A stretch of 64,000 bases of DNA from an uncultured Desulfobacterales bacterium (GCA_964502365.1 CAZCWQ010000003.1:2148-66147); one strand, 5' to 3'; shown: positions 36,787 through 45,702, counted from the stretch's first letter. The notes: generated by a model not told the origin, from the letters alone. Numbers and translations: made by a program.

Positions 36787-36875
36787 TCTAGTGGCTGGAG
36801 CAAGAAAATTAAAATTGCGAATACCCCTCATTTTTGCTAGAGTAAAGTGTCACGGGAAAAGAAGGGAGAGGAACC

Positions 36876-37124
36876 ATGCCTGTGTACGAGTTTCGGTGTT
36901 TAAAATGTGACGAAGTTTTTGAAATCCTCTGGATGAACAACGAAGACGAAGTTGAGATGAAATGCCCCCATTGTAAATCAGGAGAGTTTGAACGGGTATT
37001 GAGCAGCACCAGCTATGCGGTGGGTCCTGGCAAAGGCGAATCAACAAGCCGTACAGTTGAGTCGAGGCAGTGCGCCTCGGGTTCGTGTTCTACCATAACC
37101 CTGCCTGGTCACTCCAAGAGTTAG
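36876..37124 (+). CDS. FmdB-family zinc-ribbon protein
   Basis: MPVYEFRCLKCDEVFE...KCPHCKSGEFERVLS is the canonical FmdB CxxC...CxxC N-terminus. SD GGAGAGGAA lies upstream. Confidence 0.8.
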   Translation: MPVYEFRCLKCDEVFEILWMNNEDEVEMKCPHCKSGEFERVLSSTSYAVGPGKGESTSRTVESRQCASGSCSTITLPGHSKS

Positions 37125-37164
37125 GTAAGTATATCCTCAGCTGACAGGACAGTCTGAAGCCTGA

Positions 37165-37193
37165 TTGACAAGTCATTCGTCCTGTGTTATCTT
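37165..37193 (+). promoter_or_regulatory. Candidate sigma70 promoter of the feo operon
   Basis: TTGACA (37165-37170), a 17-nt spacer, then TATCTT (37188-37193). It sits 35 nt upstream of ATG 37228, with AAGGAG at 37213-37218. Confidence 0.35.
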
Positions 37194-37227
37194 TGTTGAG
37201 AATCTATTACAATAAGGAGTCCGGTTT

Positions 37228-37923
37228 ATGAAGCCTGTTCATCAACAGGAGAAAAAACAATTCTTACGCCTTTTTCAAAGAGAGGGGATAGATCAGATTG
37301 GGCCTCGAATGGCCGTATTGGAGGCGTTTCTCTGTGTTGAGGGGCACATAACTTTTCAACACCTCATGGACTTGTTGGAAAAGAAGGGTCATGCTCTTGA
37401 GCCGGATTTTGTAAAAAAGACGCTGAACTTGCTGTGTCGTTATGGTTTTGCGTCAAAAAAAACATTCAAAGGTCAGCCTACCCTTTACGAGCACCGACAT
37501 CTCGGTCTGCACCATGACCATCTGATCTGCACAAAATGTGATAAGATTGTCGAGTTTGAAAATCAGCAGATGGAAACCATGCAAGTGGAGATAGCAGCGC
37601 TACATGGCTTTTACGTGCTTCAGCACAAGATGGAAATGTATGGGCTGTGCGCAGACTGTCTCAAGGATCGTGTCAGCTTGATGCCGCTGTCACTTGCCGA
37701 GGAAGGGGAAAGTGGCATCATAGAGGAATTCATGGGTGGCGCTGGCTCCCAATTGCGCTTGGCCACCATGGGACTGCGCAGAGGCGACGAGGTGGAAGTT
37801 ATAACTAACAGGGGTGAAGGCCAGCTTGTGGTGGCTGTAAATTCTACGCGACTGGCTATGGGCCGCGGCATTGCCAAAAAAATATTGGTCAAACCCAACG
37901 GTGGTCGAAGGGCTTTACAGTGA
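37228..37923 (+). CDS. Fur-family regulator fused to a C-terminal FeoA domain
   Basis: Residues 1-~145 form a Fur fold (winged helix, HHDHLICTKCDKIVEF, CADC). Residues ~150-231 are MPLSLAEEGESGIIEEFMGGAGSQLRLATMGLRRGDEVEVITNRGEGQLVVAVNSTRLAMGRGIAKKILV, the FeoA/SH3-like pattern. It is one uninterrupted ORF. Confidence 0.75.
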   Translation: MKPVHQQEKKQFLRLFQREGIDQIGPRMAVLEAFLCVEGHITFQHLMDLLEKKGHALEPDFVKKTLNLLCRYGFASKKTFKGQPTLYEHRHLGLHHDHLICTKCDKIVEFENQQMETMQVEIAALHGFYVLQHKMEMYGLCADCLKDRVSLMPLSLAEEGESGIIEEFMGGAGSQLRLATMGLRRGDEVEVITNRGEGQLVVAVNSTRLAMGRGIAKKILVKPNGGRRALQ

Positions 37924-38159
37924 ACCTGAGTGAACTTAAGGAGGGGCAGACAGCCACAGTGATCCGTATCGGAGGAGCTGGTCCTTTTCGCAGGCGGCTG
38001 CTTGAAATGGGATTTTTGCGCGGCACGGAAGTCTATGTGGAAAAGTATGCCCCCCTCAAAGATCCTATTGAACTCATATTAAAGGGATACCATGTCTCTC
38101 TCCGGGTAGATGAAGCGGCTAGTGTTGAAGTTGAAGATGTCAAGGGTGGGGGACGGTAG
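37920..38159 (+). CDS. feoA: Ferrous iron transport protein A
   Basis: 79 aa. LSELKEGQTATVIRIGGAGPFRRRLLEMGFLRGTEVYV. GTGA overlap with the upstream stop. Confidence 0.8.
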   Translation: MNLSELKEGQTATVIRIGGAGPFRRRLLEMGFLRGTEVYVEKYAPLKDPIELILKGYHVSLRVDEAASVEVEDVKGGGR

Positions 38160-38162
38160 TAT

Positions 38163-40352
38163 ATGCCACCCAAGTCTCTAACAGTTGCTCTTGCTGGAAA
38201 CCCCAACTCCGGCAAAAGTACAATCTTTAATAACCTGACCGGTACGCGACAGAAAGTGGGAAATTGGCCTGGAGTCACAGTAGAAAAAAAGGAAGGTCAC
38301 GTCGCCACAAACGGTTACGAACTTACCATTGTAGACCTACCCGGTACCTATAGCCTCACTCCTTACTCCATCGAAGAAATCGTTGCTCGTAACTTCATCC
38401 TGGATGAAAAGCCTGACGTAGTTGTGGACATCATTGATGCTTCTAATGTTGAACGCAACCTTTATCTGGCCACACAGCTTCGAGAGCTCGACACCAGGGT
38501 CATTTATGTACTCAACATGGCTGATGTAGCCAAGCAACGCGGTACCAAGATTGACGGAGACAAGCTTTCAGAGCTCCTTGACGTGCCAGTCGTATTCACA
38601 GTGGGCAACAGAAACAAAGGAACACACGACCTTCTTAAGGCCATCATCTCTGTGGCAGAATCTGACGTAAAGCTTCCCCGCACCCGGCGGGTCTATTATG
38701 GCAAGGACATTGAAAATGCCATAGGTGAGTTGTCTGAATTCATGAAAGACAAGACAGGAGGAAGGCTCCCCTACGATATTCGCTGGATTTCCGTAAAGCT
38801 CCTCGAGAATGACGGAATTGTAAAGGAGCGGGTAGGGCAAGCCGCCGGAAAAGAGGCTGAGGAGATCTTGAATGAAGCAGATCTGAAGCGTCAGGGGCTC
38901 CGTGAGTTTTATGATGAGGAGCCAGAAATTGTCATGACCGACCAGCGGTACGGTTTTATTGCCGGCATTATCAAAGAGGTGTTAAAGACAGTTTCAGAAA
39001 AAAGGGTCGATGTTTCTCGGCAGATAGATCACATTCTAACCAATCGACTTCTGGGCCTTCCTATCTTCGTCTTTTTCATATGGGCCATGTTTCAACTGAC
39101 CTTTTCATTAGGCGCCTACCCCATGAGTTGGCTAGATTCTGGTGTGAGTTGGCTGGGTCGGGCGGTGGGGGGACAGCTGGCACAAGGGATACTGCATGAT
39201 ATGATTGTAGATGGAGTTATTGCCGGCGTGGGAAGTGTGGTCATATTCTTGCCTAACATCCTTATTCTCTTTTTCTGCATCGCCCTGTTCGAAGACTCTG
39301 GGTATATGGCCCGCGCTGCCTTCCTCATGGACAAGGTGATGCACCTGATAGGACTTCACGGTAAATCTTTCATTCCCTTGCTTATGGGTTTTGGTTGCAA
39401 TGCCCCTGCCATCATGGCCACAAGGACCTTGGAGAGTGAAAAGGATCGTATCTTGACGATTCTAATCAATCCGCTCATGTCCTGTTCCGCCAGGCTGCCC
39501 GTGTATATCCTGCTTGCAGGAACCTTCTTTGGTGCCAGGGCGGGCAATGCCATCTTTTCCGTCTATGCCCTTGGTATCATACTGGCCATTGCCATTGGAC
39601 GCCTGTTTCGATCCACTCTGCTCAGGGGCAAGGTGGCGCCGTTTGTAATGGAGCTCCCTCCATACAGGGCTCCCATGTTGAAAGGGCTGTTAATCCATAT
39701 GTGGGATCGTAGCAAAATCTTTCTGAAGAAAATAGGAGGTGTGATACTGATCGGCTCTGTTGTTGTCTGGTTCTTGAGTTCCTTCCCTAGGGAAGTCCAG
39801 ATTTCACAGGATTATGAACAGCAGATGGCAACACTTAGGGGACGATACGCGGCCTCGATAGCCGAGACGCAAGCTCACTTCAGAGAGCAATTAGCTACGG
39901 AAAGAGATATGGCCATTTCGTCGCTGGAAGCCAAGTGGGCCAGAGAAAAGGTGGAAAAATCTTACATGGGTCAACTGGGAAAGGTGCTGGCCCCGGTCTT
40001 TGCTCCCATTGGCATGGACTGGCGTGGCAGCGTGGCAGTCTTGTCCGGCTTTGTGGCCAAAGAGATCGTCGTGAGCACCATGGGGGTTCTCTACGCCGTG
40101 GGAGGGGATGAGGATGAAAAGGGCGAGGCCCTGAAGCTGGCTCTAAGAAGATCCAGTATGACGCCTCTTTCTGCCTATGCTATGATGACATTTATACTGA
40201 TTTATATCCCTTGCCTTGCGACAGTGGCGGTTATTAAGCGGGAGACAAATTCCTGGAAGTGGACCGCCTTCAGTATGGCTTACAGCACAATCATCGCATG
40301 GCTTGTCGCCTTTGTCATATATCAAGGTGGTAAGGTCATAGGACTAGGATGA
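38163..40352 (+). CDS. feoB: Ferrous iron transporter FeoB
   Basis: 729 aa. N-terminal GTPase (ALAGNPNSGKSTIFNNLTG, DLPGTYSL, NMAD) followed by a polytopic permease domain. Confidence 0.9.
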   Translation: MPPKSLTVALAGNPNSGKSTIFNNLTGTRQKVGNWPGVTVEKKEGHVATNGYELTIVDLPGTYSLTPYSIEEIVARNFILDEKPDVVVDIIDASNVERNLYLATQLRELDTRVIYVLNMADVAKQRGTKIDGDKLSELLDVPVVFTVGNRNKGTHDLLKAIISVAESDVKLPRTRRVYYGKDIENAIGELSEFMKDKTGGRLPYDIRWISVKLLENDGIVKERVGQAAGKEAEEILNEADLKRQGLREFYDEEPEIVMTDQRYGFIAGIIKEVLKTVSEKRVDVSRQIDHILTNRLLGLPIFVFFIWAMFQLTFSLGAYPMSWLDSGVSWLGRAVGGQLAQGILHDMIVDGVIAGVGSVVIFLPNILILFFCIALFEDSGYMARAAFLMDKVMHLIGLHGKSFIPLLMGFGCNAPAIMATRTLESEKDRILTILINPLMSCSARLPVYILLAGTFFGARAGNAIFSVYALGIILAIAIGRLFRSTLLRGKVAPFVMELPPYRAPMLKGLLIHMWDRSKIFLKKIGGVILIGSVVVWFLSSFPREVQISQDYEQQMATLRGRYAASIAETQAHFREQLATERDMAISSLEAKWAREKVEKSYMGQLGKVLAPVFAPIGMDWRGSVAVLSGFVAKEIVVSTMGVLYAVGGDEDEKGEALKLALRRSSMTPLSAYAMMTFILIYIPCLATVAVIKRETNSWKWTAFSMAYSTIIAWLVAFVIYQGGKVIGLG

Positions 40353-40383
40353 TCCACTTCAGTCCGCCTCTCACTGTTCAGGA

Positions 40384-40848
40384 TTATCTCTGGGGCTTGC
40401 ATTTCGGACAGTAACCCAAAACCTCCAGCTTGTGGCCCTTAATGAAAAATTTGTATTTGTCAGCTAGTTTCTTTTCCAACCTCTGCAAAGACTTTTCTTG
40501 AAATTCAACGGTCTTTCCGCAGTTCACGCACCGCAGATGGCAGTGGTGTTTGTGACCGTAGATATGTTCGTAGTGAAGGTGGCCGTCTTCAAAATAGGCC
40601 TCCTGGATGAGGCCGGATTCTAACAGGTAGGGGATCAGGCGATAGACAGAGGGTTTGGAAATCTTCTTTTTCTTACTTTTCAAACGCAAGTAAAGCTCGT
40701 CCACATCAAAGTGATCGTGGGTGGCAAAGATCTCTTCAATGATAGCCTCGCGTTCAGCGGTATTTCGAAGGCCCTGCCTTCGAATAAACTGCCTGAAAAC
40801 TTCTATTTCGCTTTTCGGGGAAGGCTTTGATTTCAACTCAAATCCCAT
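40384..40848 (-). CDS. fur: Fur-family transcriptional regulator
   Basis: 154 aa. Winged helix (SKPSVYRLIPYLLESGLI), HKHHCHLRCVNCGKTVEF and CPKC metal sites. Confidence 0.75.
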   Translation of the reverse strand: MGFELKSKPSPKSEIEVFRQFIRRQGLRNTAEREAIIEEIFATHDHFDVDELYLRLKSKKKKISKPSVYRLIPYLLESGLIQEAYFEDGHLHYEHIYGHKHHCHLRCVNCGKTVEFQEKSLQRLEKKLADKYKFFIKGHKLEVLGYCPKCKPQR

Positions 40849-40853
40849 TGGCC

Positions 40854-40880
40854 ATAATGATAAATTTGATAATCATTCTC
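40854..40880. promoter_or_regulatory. Fur box (overlapping GATAAT-type hexamers) immediately upstream of fur
   Basis: ATAATGATAAATTTGATAATCATTCTC. The 3-prime 19-mer matches GATAATGATAATCATTATC at 14/19 positions, including the core TGATAATCATT. An overlapping 19-mer matches at 13/19. It lies 6-32 bp from the fur ATG. Confidence 0.55.
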
Positions 40881-40951
40881 AGACGAGACCGAAATCTTTG
40901 CACAAGCTTGTCTCGCTCTTTGGTATGAGGTTTCCAAGGTTATGCAAAGTC

Positions 40952-41785
40952 TCAAGGACCGTGGAACCGCAAAGCCAGACCCTTTAAGGCCGTGGCAAGG
41001 AGATAGGCAAGTCCTGCGATGACAATGATGGTGGCGCCTGCAGGAAGGTCAGGCCCGTACGATACAATGAGTCCTGATGTAGTAAAGACTGCCCCCAGAA
41101 TAGAGGCCAGGATCATCATTTGACTGAGGCTGCCGGCATAGTGGCGGGCCGTGGCTGCTGGCAGGGTGAGCAGGGCGATTACGAGTATGATACCCACCAC
41201 CTGGATCAGGATTACTATGGTTAGGGCTATAAGACAAAGGAGCATGAGGTAGGTGCCCACAATGCCGATACCTTGAAGCTGACTGTACTCATCGTCAAAG
41301 CATACTGCCAAGAACCGTTTGTAAAAAAGGATGACTGAAAGAATGATCAAGGCATCAAGATATCCCAGCACCCTTATGCTTTCTGCTTTTACCATCAAGA
41401 TATTACCAAAGAGGTAGCTCATAAGATCTACATTATAACCCGGGGTCTTGTAGATAAACAAAATGCCCACCGCCATTCCGATGGCCCAAAGTGCTCCTAT
41501 TAAGGTGTCTTCGTACTGGTGATATCGAAGACTTACCGACCCGATTACAAGGGCTGCAACAAGTGCCGCAACAACGGCACCATGTATGGGGTCGAGGCCA
41601 TAGTAGTAAGCTATTCCCATACCTCCGAGTACCGCATGGGAAATGCCTCCACTGACAAAGACTATTCGTTTGACAACAACGTAGGTCCCCATAACACCGC
41701 AGGCCACACTGGCAAGCAAGCCGATGATGACGGCGTTTTGCATGAACCAGTCGTTTTTCAGTACATCAAAAAATTCAAACATCAC
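40952..41785 (-). CDS. znuB: Metal (zinc-type) ABC transporter permease, ABC-3 family
   Basis: 277 aa with 8-9 TM helices. It sits in an operon with an ATPase and a cluster-9 binding protein. Stops and starts overlap. Confidence 0.8.
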   Translation of the reverse strand: MMFEFFDVLKNDWFMQNAVIIGLLASVACGVMGTYVVVKRIVFVSGGISHAVLGGMGIAYYYGLDPIHGAVVAALVAALVIGSVSLRYHQYEDTLIGALWAIGMAVGILFIYKTPGYNVDLMSYLFGNILMVKAESIRVLGYLDALIILSVILFYKRFLAVCFDDEYSQLQGIGIVGTYLMLLCLIALTIVILIQVVGIILVIALLTLPAATARHYAGSLSQMMILASILGAVFTTSGLIVSYGPDLPAGATIIVIAGLAYLLATALKGLALRFHGP

Positions 41786-42522
41786 AGTTCACATTTGTGC
41801 GTTAACATATGAACCGGGCCACTGTAACAAGCCTCGATTACATCGCCCGTGATGTCTTCCGTTCTATTGCAGGAAAGCCCCCGGTTGACGCAAGCGACTC
41901 GATTCACATAGGTAGAGATAAAACCGAGATCGTGAGAAACAAGGACAATTGTCACCTTTTCATTCAGCTTCTTTAAGAGTTCATAGATGTCTTGTTCAAC
42001 CCTTCCGTCTACGGTTGCTGTGGGTTCATCAAGAAGGAGTAATTCAGGTTTTCCTGCCAGGGCCCTTGCCATAAGAACCCGCTGCTTCTGCCCACCCGAT
42101 AGTGTGCCAAAACGGCGGTTCCGGAGGTCATAGACTTCTGCACTCTCCATAGCCTCTTGTGCAGCTTGTCGGTCTATCTTGCCATAGCTGCCCAGCATAG
42201 GGGCTTTTCCCAACCTTCCTATGAGAACCACATCGGTGACGCTGATGGGAAAGCTTGCATCCAGGTCGGCATGCTGGGGGACATAGCCGATGAGATGGCG
42301 GGCACGTTCCGGTGACCGGCCAAAGACTCGGACACTGCCCCTCAACGGGCGAATGAGTCCGAGGATGATTTTCAGAAGCGTGCTTTTCCCACTGCCGTTA
42401 GGGCCAACCACACCCAGAAAATCTGCTTCCTTAATGGTCAGCACAACATCCTCAAGAACAAGGTCCCCGTTGTAAGCAAAATCCACGTGTGTAATCTCTA
42501 CAACACCTTTTCCTTGGCTCAT
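41782..42522 (-). CDS. znuC: Metal ABC transporter ATP-binding protein
   Basis: GPNGSGKSTLLK (Walker A), LSGGQKQRV (signature), LLLLDEP (Walker B). Confidence 0.8.
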   Translation of the reverse strand: MSQGKGVVEITHVDFAYNGDLVLEDVVLTIKEADFLGVVGPNGSGKSTLLKIILGLIRPLRGSVRVFGRSPERARHLIGYVPQHADLDASFPISVTDVVLIGRLGKAPMLGSYGKIDRQAAQEAMESAEVYDLRNRRFGTLSGGQKQRVLMARALAGKPELLLLDEPTATVDGRVEQDIYELLKKLNEKVTIVLVSHDLGFISTYVNRVACVNRGLSCNRTEDITGDVIEACYSGPVHMLTHKCEL

Positions 42523-43439
42523 TGGATCACCTTGGCAAGAGTCTCGGCAATTTTCTTCATGTTGTTCAAATAATCTTTGGCCAGAGGATCTACGTGAATT
42601 ATTTTTCCCCCAATGGCGTGAGCCACGGTATCGGCACTTTTTTCGCTGAATTGTTGCTGGACAAGAACAACCTTGATCCCCTCTTGTTTGGCTTGTTTGA
42701 TGAGACGGGCCAGTGTCTTGGCGCTTGGTTTTTTCCCTTCCACTTCGATCGGTACTTGCTTCAATCCGTAATCACGCCCAAAGTATCCCCAGACGGGGTG
42801 AAATACCAGAAACGGGCTAGCCTTGGGAGCCCTAAGAATTTGGATGATTTCTGCGTCCAGTTTATCAAGATCTTTGTGAAAGGAAGCCAAGTTGCCTTCA
42901 TAATAGGACTTGTGAGCCGAGTCCTGTGCAGTCAGGGCGTGGCATATGTTCTCGGCCTGAATCTTGACTAACCTTAAGCTCAACCAGATGTGCGGGTCCT
43001 TGACCCTCTTGTCATGGTGATGGTGGCTTTCGTGCTTGTCATGCTGATAGGCCTTTATGGGCAAAAGCTCAATGCCACGACGCGTATCGACAACCTTCAT
43101 GCGGCGATTTGTTCCGGCGATACGCTCTATCCATACACTTTCAAAGGGCACGCCGATTCGGAAATAGAGCTTCGCTTTGCTCAGTTCAGCCATCTGTTTG
43201 GGCCTGGGTTCATAGGTGGCCGGGCTCTGCCCAGGGCCGACCATGACAGAAACATCGACTCGATCACCCCCCACTCGCTCCACGAAATATGCCTGGGGAA
43301 GAATGCTTACAAATACCTTAATCTTCGCCTTGTGATCGCCCGGCACTCTAAGGGTGGCATATACGGATGTTGGTGCAGAGATAATGGCCAGGAAAATGGC
43401 ACAAATGAAAAAGGTCCTCTTAGTTATGACATCATTCAT
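42519..43439 (-). CDS. znuA: Periplasmic metal-binding protein with His-rich loop (ZnuA-like)
   Basis: 306 aa. N-terminal signal-like helix, cluster-9 SBP layout, and the loop HDKHESHHHHDKRVKDPH typical of zinc-specific ZnuA. Confidence 0.75.
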   Translation of the reverse strand: MNDVITKRTFFICAIFLAIISAPTSVYATLRVPGDHKAKIKVFVSILPQAYFVERVGGDRVDVSVMVGPGQSPATYEPRPKQMAELSKAKLYFRIGVPFESVWIERIAGTNRRMKVVDTRRGIELLPIKAYQHDKHESHHHHDKRVKDPHIWLSLRLVKIQAENICHALTAQDSAHKSYYEGNLASFHKDLDKLDAEIIQILRAPKASPFLVFHPVWGYFGRDYGLKQVPIEVEGKKPSAKTLARLIKQAKQEGIKVVLVQQQFSEKSADTVAHAIGGKIIHVDPLAKDYLNNMKKIAETLAKVIQ

Positions 43440-43873
43440 GTCTCAGCCTTGAGGCAGCCCTCGCAGATCCCCTCAAACATGACCTCCACATGCTTGACAA
43501 TGCGATTGTCTTTTCTCTGAAAACTGCTGACATCTACATCGACCACCTCTGGACCTAGGCATTCCATAATTCCGCACTCACTGCACACAAAATGGGGATG
43601 GTTTGGGTGATGGGGTGTTGGTCCCATTCCATACCTGGAGGCCCTGTCCACAGCGGAAAGCCGCTTTACTAAGCCTTTATCTACCAGCAGGTCAAGGATG
43701 CGGTAGAGTGTGACCTTATTAATGGACATCTGATTCCGAACGGCTGCAATAATTTCGACTGCCGTAAGCGGCCTTATCTCATCTCCAATGGATTTGAGAA
43801 CCGCCTCACGCAGGGGGGTCGGGGCCACCCCAATCCCGTCAAGCAATCCTGAATAGTCACAGTGTTCACACAC
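43436..43873 (-). CDS. zur: Fur-family regulator, probable Zur, first gene of the znu operon
   Basis: 145 aa with a GTG start. VTLYRILDLLVDKGLV (wHTH), HHPNHPHFVCSECG and CEGC. It overlaps the znuA start. Confidence 0.6.
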   Translation of the reverse strand: MCEHCDYSGLLDGIGVAPTPLREAVLKSIGDEIRPLTAVEIIAAVRNQMSINKVTLYRILDLLVDKGLVKRLSAVDRASRYGMGPTPHHPNHPHFVCSECGIMECLGPEVVDVDVSSFQRKDNRIVKHVEVMFEGICEGCLKAET

Positions 43874-43893
43874 AGGTTTTTGTATAATCTAAA

Positions 43894-43908
43894 TGCAACT
43901 GAGTTGCA
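43894..43908. promoter_or_regulatory. Perfect 6-3-6 palindrome overlapping the putative zur-znu promoter (candidate operator)
   Basis: TGCAAC-TGA-GTTGCA lies 21-35 bp upstream of the zur start. On the minus strand TTGCAA (43904-43909), a 17-nt spacer and TATACA form a plausible -35/-10 pair that the palindrome overlaps. Confidence 0.35.
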
Positions 43909-44001
43909 AGTCTTAAAATCTCCAAGATCTGTTTACCCCTAGAAGATACCCAGAGATGATCCCCTTGAAGGAGGAAAATCTACCTTGGACGATGAGACCT
44001 C

Positions 44002-44035
44002 TGCATAACCTCGTGTCGCTTTTCGAGGTTATGCA
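44002..44035. other. Perfect 12-bp stem hairpin between dapA and the zur promoter (possible atypical terminator)
   Basis: TGCATAACCTCG, loop tgtcgctttt, CGAGGTTATGCA. No U-tract follows on either strand, so its role as an intrinsic terminator is uncertain. Confidence 0.25.
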
Positions 44036-44334
44036 ATAAAGCTCTCAACCATGTTTTCGCAATATGATGGACGACCTACATTGCCAAAGGAAGGGATCGT
44101 CTGCAATGGACGGAAAGAATCTGGGGAGGAAGATGGAAAGGGCCATAGGTTTTCCGTCGCTTCTCAGGCTAATAGGATCCCCATTAGTGTATAGGATCTC
44201 TTCGGGAAACTATTCCTGCCGCGTATTTGCTCGCTTCAAACGCACAATCCATACAGGTTCAGAGGAAAAATCAGAAAGATTGCGCAAAGGGCATTAGAGT
44301 CATAAGATCCACCAAGTCGGGATTTAAGGTCAAA

Positions 44335-45369
44335 CTAGTATTCGTCATATGTCAGCCCTGCCAATATTGACTCGTCATTGAGTCTGGCTTCTATATCTAC
44401 GCCAAAGAAATCAGCAATAGGCTCTAAAACTTCCGGGTTGTTTTTCCATACAGCGCGGCCCGCACCCACTACGACCTCAAGGCCCTTTTTGGTCATCTTG
44501 CCCAAGGGCTGGCGACATGGTCCACCGGGCATGCCAAGAATCGCCATAAGAGTCTTTGTGCCCAGAGGATTTCTGGCACGGCAACCCACTGCCCCGTAAG
44601 GTGTCTCCTCTTCGGTTTTCACGGTCACAATCCCAAAAAGGGGCTTCAAGGCGTTCATGAGCCTTTCCGCCTGTGCTTGGTTACCCTGGTTGAGAAATGT
44701 GGTCATGTCTTGAACTGCCTTGGGGGCAATGTTTGAAGCCACTGAAATGACTCCACTTGCCTTGATGGCAGGGTCTGTCATCATGGTATATGTCTTGTCA
44801 TCATCGCCAGACATGATCGTGAAGCCCTCGCCGCAGCACTCTCGGATGCGTTTCATGTTCTCGATGTCTCCTGTGGCTTCCTTAACGGTGGTCACATTGG
44901 CAAACTCCTTATGGAGTATAGCAAGGTCTTCGGCGAGAAGCTGGGCCCCAGTGCGGCCCGGAATTATATAGGGAATAATCTGGATCTGGGGGAATTTGTT
45001 TGCCACGGGGGCCACATACTCCCTGCGGATTTCCAGAGAACTCGGTCCATTATAGTAAGGATCTACCAGCAAAGCGGCATCGGCTCCCACATGCACGGCG
45101 TGCTCGGTGCTCTCCAGAGTTTCCCGGGTATTGTTACTGCCGGTCCCTGCAATGGACTGGCACCTGCCCCTGCACTTCTCGACCACTATCCTGATTACCT
45201 CGTTGTGCTCTTCCCAGTTTAACGTGGGGCTCTCTCCTGTCGTACCTACGGCCAGGATTCCGCTCACACCACTTGAGATCTGAAATTCCACCAATTTTTC
45301 CAGCGCTTCGTAATCCACTGCATAGTCCGTGAACGGCGTCATTAGCGCCGTATAGCATCCGCTAAGCAT
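44335..45369 (-). CDS. dapA: 4-hydroxy-tetrahydrodipicolinate synthase (DapA family, with C-terminal insertion/extension)
   Basis: ATG 45369 is preceded by AAGGAGGTG (the track ORF extends to 45555 through the leader). AVGTTGESPTL, YYNGP, VKEATGD (Schiff-base Lys context). It is about 344 aa, against about 290 aa for typical DapA. Confidence 0.75.
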   Translation of the reverse strand: MLSGCYTALMTPFTDYAVDYEALEKLVEFQISSGVSGILAVGTTGESPTLNWEEHNEVIRIVVEKCRGRCQSIAGTGSNNTRETLESTEHAVHVGADAALLVDPYYNGPSSLEIRREYVAPVANKFPQIQIIPYIIPGRTGAQLLAEDLAILHKEFANVTTVKEATGDIENMKRIRECCGEGFTIMSGDDDKTYTMMTDPAIKASGVISVASNIAPKAVQDMTTFLNQGNQAQAERLMNALKPLFGIVTVKTEEETPYGAVGCRARNPLGTKTLMAILGMPGGPCRQPLGKMTKKGLEVVVGAGRAVWKNNPEVLEPIADFFGVDIEARLNDESILAGLTYDEY

Positions 45370-45400
45370 CGTCGCACCTCCTTGTCCAAAGATTCCTCTC

Positions 45401-45433
45401 AAAAAAAAACAGCCGGAGAGCCTGCTCCGACTG
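45401..45433 (-). terminator. Intrinsic terminator acting as the expression platform of the lysine riboswitch
   Basis: The minus strand reads CAGTCGGAG-caggct-CTCCGGCTG followed by T9. It lies between the aptamer and the dapA SD. Confidence 0.7.
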
Positions 45434-45436
45434 CAA

Positions 45437-45624
45437 CCGACCAAGAGAGCACTCCACGAAAACACCGTGACAGTGCTGTGGATATTATCCACAGTCCCAG
45501 CCCGCCTTTGTGACAGGACAAAAGCAGACTTCGGCGGCACACCCTTTTGCCGCAAGATAAAAATGCGGGGCCTGTCCCCCTGCCCTGCGGCTAGTCATGA
45601 GCACCGCGCCTCAACTCTGGTTGG
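45437..45624 (-). promoter_or_regulatory. Lysine riboswitch (L-box) aptamer
   Basis: The minus strand contains TTGAGGCGCGG, GGGTGTGCCGCCGAAGTC and CACTGTCACGGTGTTTTCGTGGAGTGCTCTC. These match the conserved L-box blocks (GAGGCGC; GCGCCGAAG; CACUGUCACGG...CGUGGAG.GC) as remembered from the B. subtilis lysC and T. maritima aptamers. The P1 arms CCAACCAGAG and CTCTTGGTCGG close a ~188-nt element upstream of dapA. Confidence 0.8.
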
Positions 45625-45629
45625 GAGGA

Positions 45630-45658
45630 AACTTACAGGAAGACATATTAGTTGTCAA
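45630..45658 (-). promoter_or_regulatory. Candidate sigma70 promoter driving the riboswitch-dapA transcript
   Basis: The minus strand has TTGACA (45658-45653), a 17-nt spacer and TAAGTT (45635-45630), just upstream of the aptamer P1. Confidence 0.45.
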
Positions 45659-45702
45659 GGAAAAAGGGGGTTTGGGTAGAGTTGTCGGATAATTCTTTGC
45701 GC

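Noticed and set aside
37194-37216. Possible Fur box (GAGAATCTATTACAATAAG) between the feo promoter and the Fur-FeoA start.
   Set aside because: It matches the 19-bp Fur consensus at only about 9/19 positions with poor dyad symmetry. It cannot be distinguished from AT-rich background.
44004-44014. Shared 11-mer CATAACCTCGT (plus a similar flank) at 44004 and 46280, considered as a dispersed intergenic repeat.
   Set aside because: Exact 11-mer repeats are expected hundreds of times by chance among all position pairs in a 64-kb window, and there are only two copies with no extended similarity.
44064-44297. 77-aa plus-strand ORF in the 460-bp dapA-zur intergenic region.
   Set aside because: It has no SD and no recognisable motifs, its composition is unlike neighbouring genes, and it is probably non-coding spacer.
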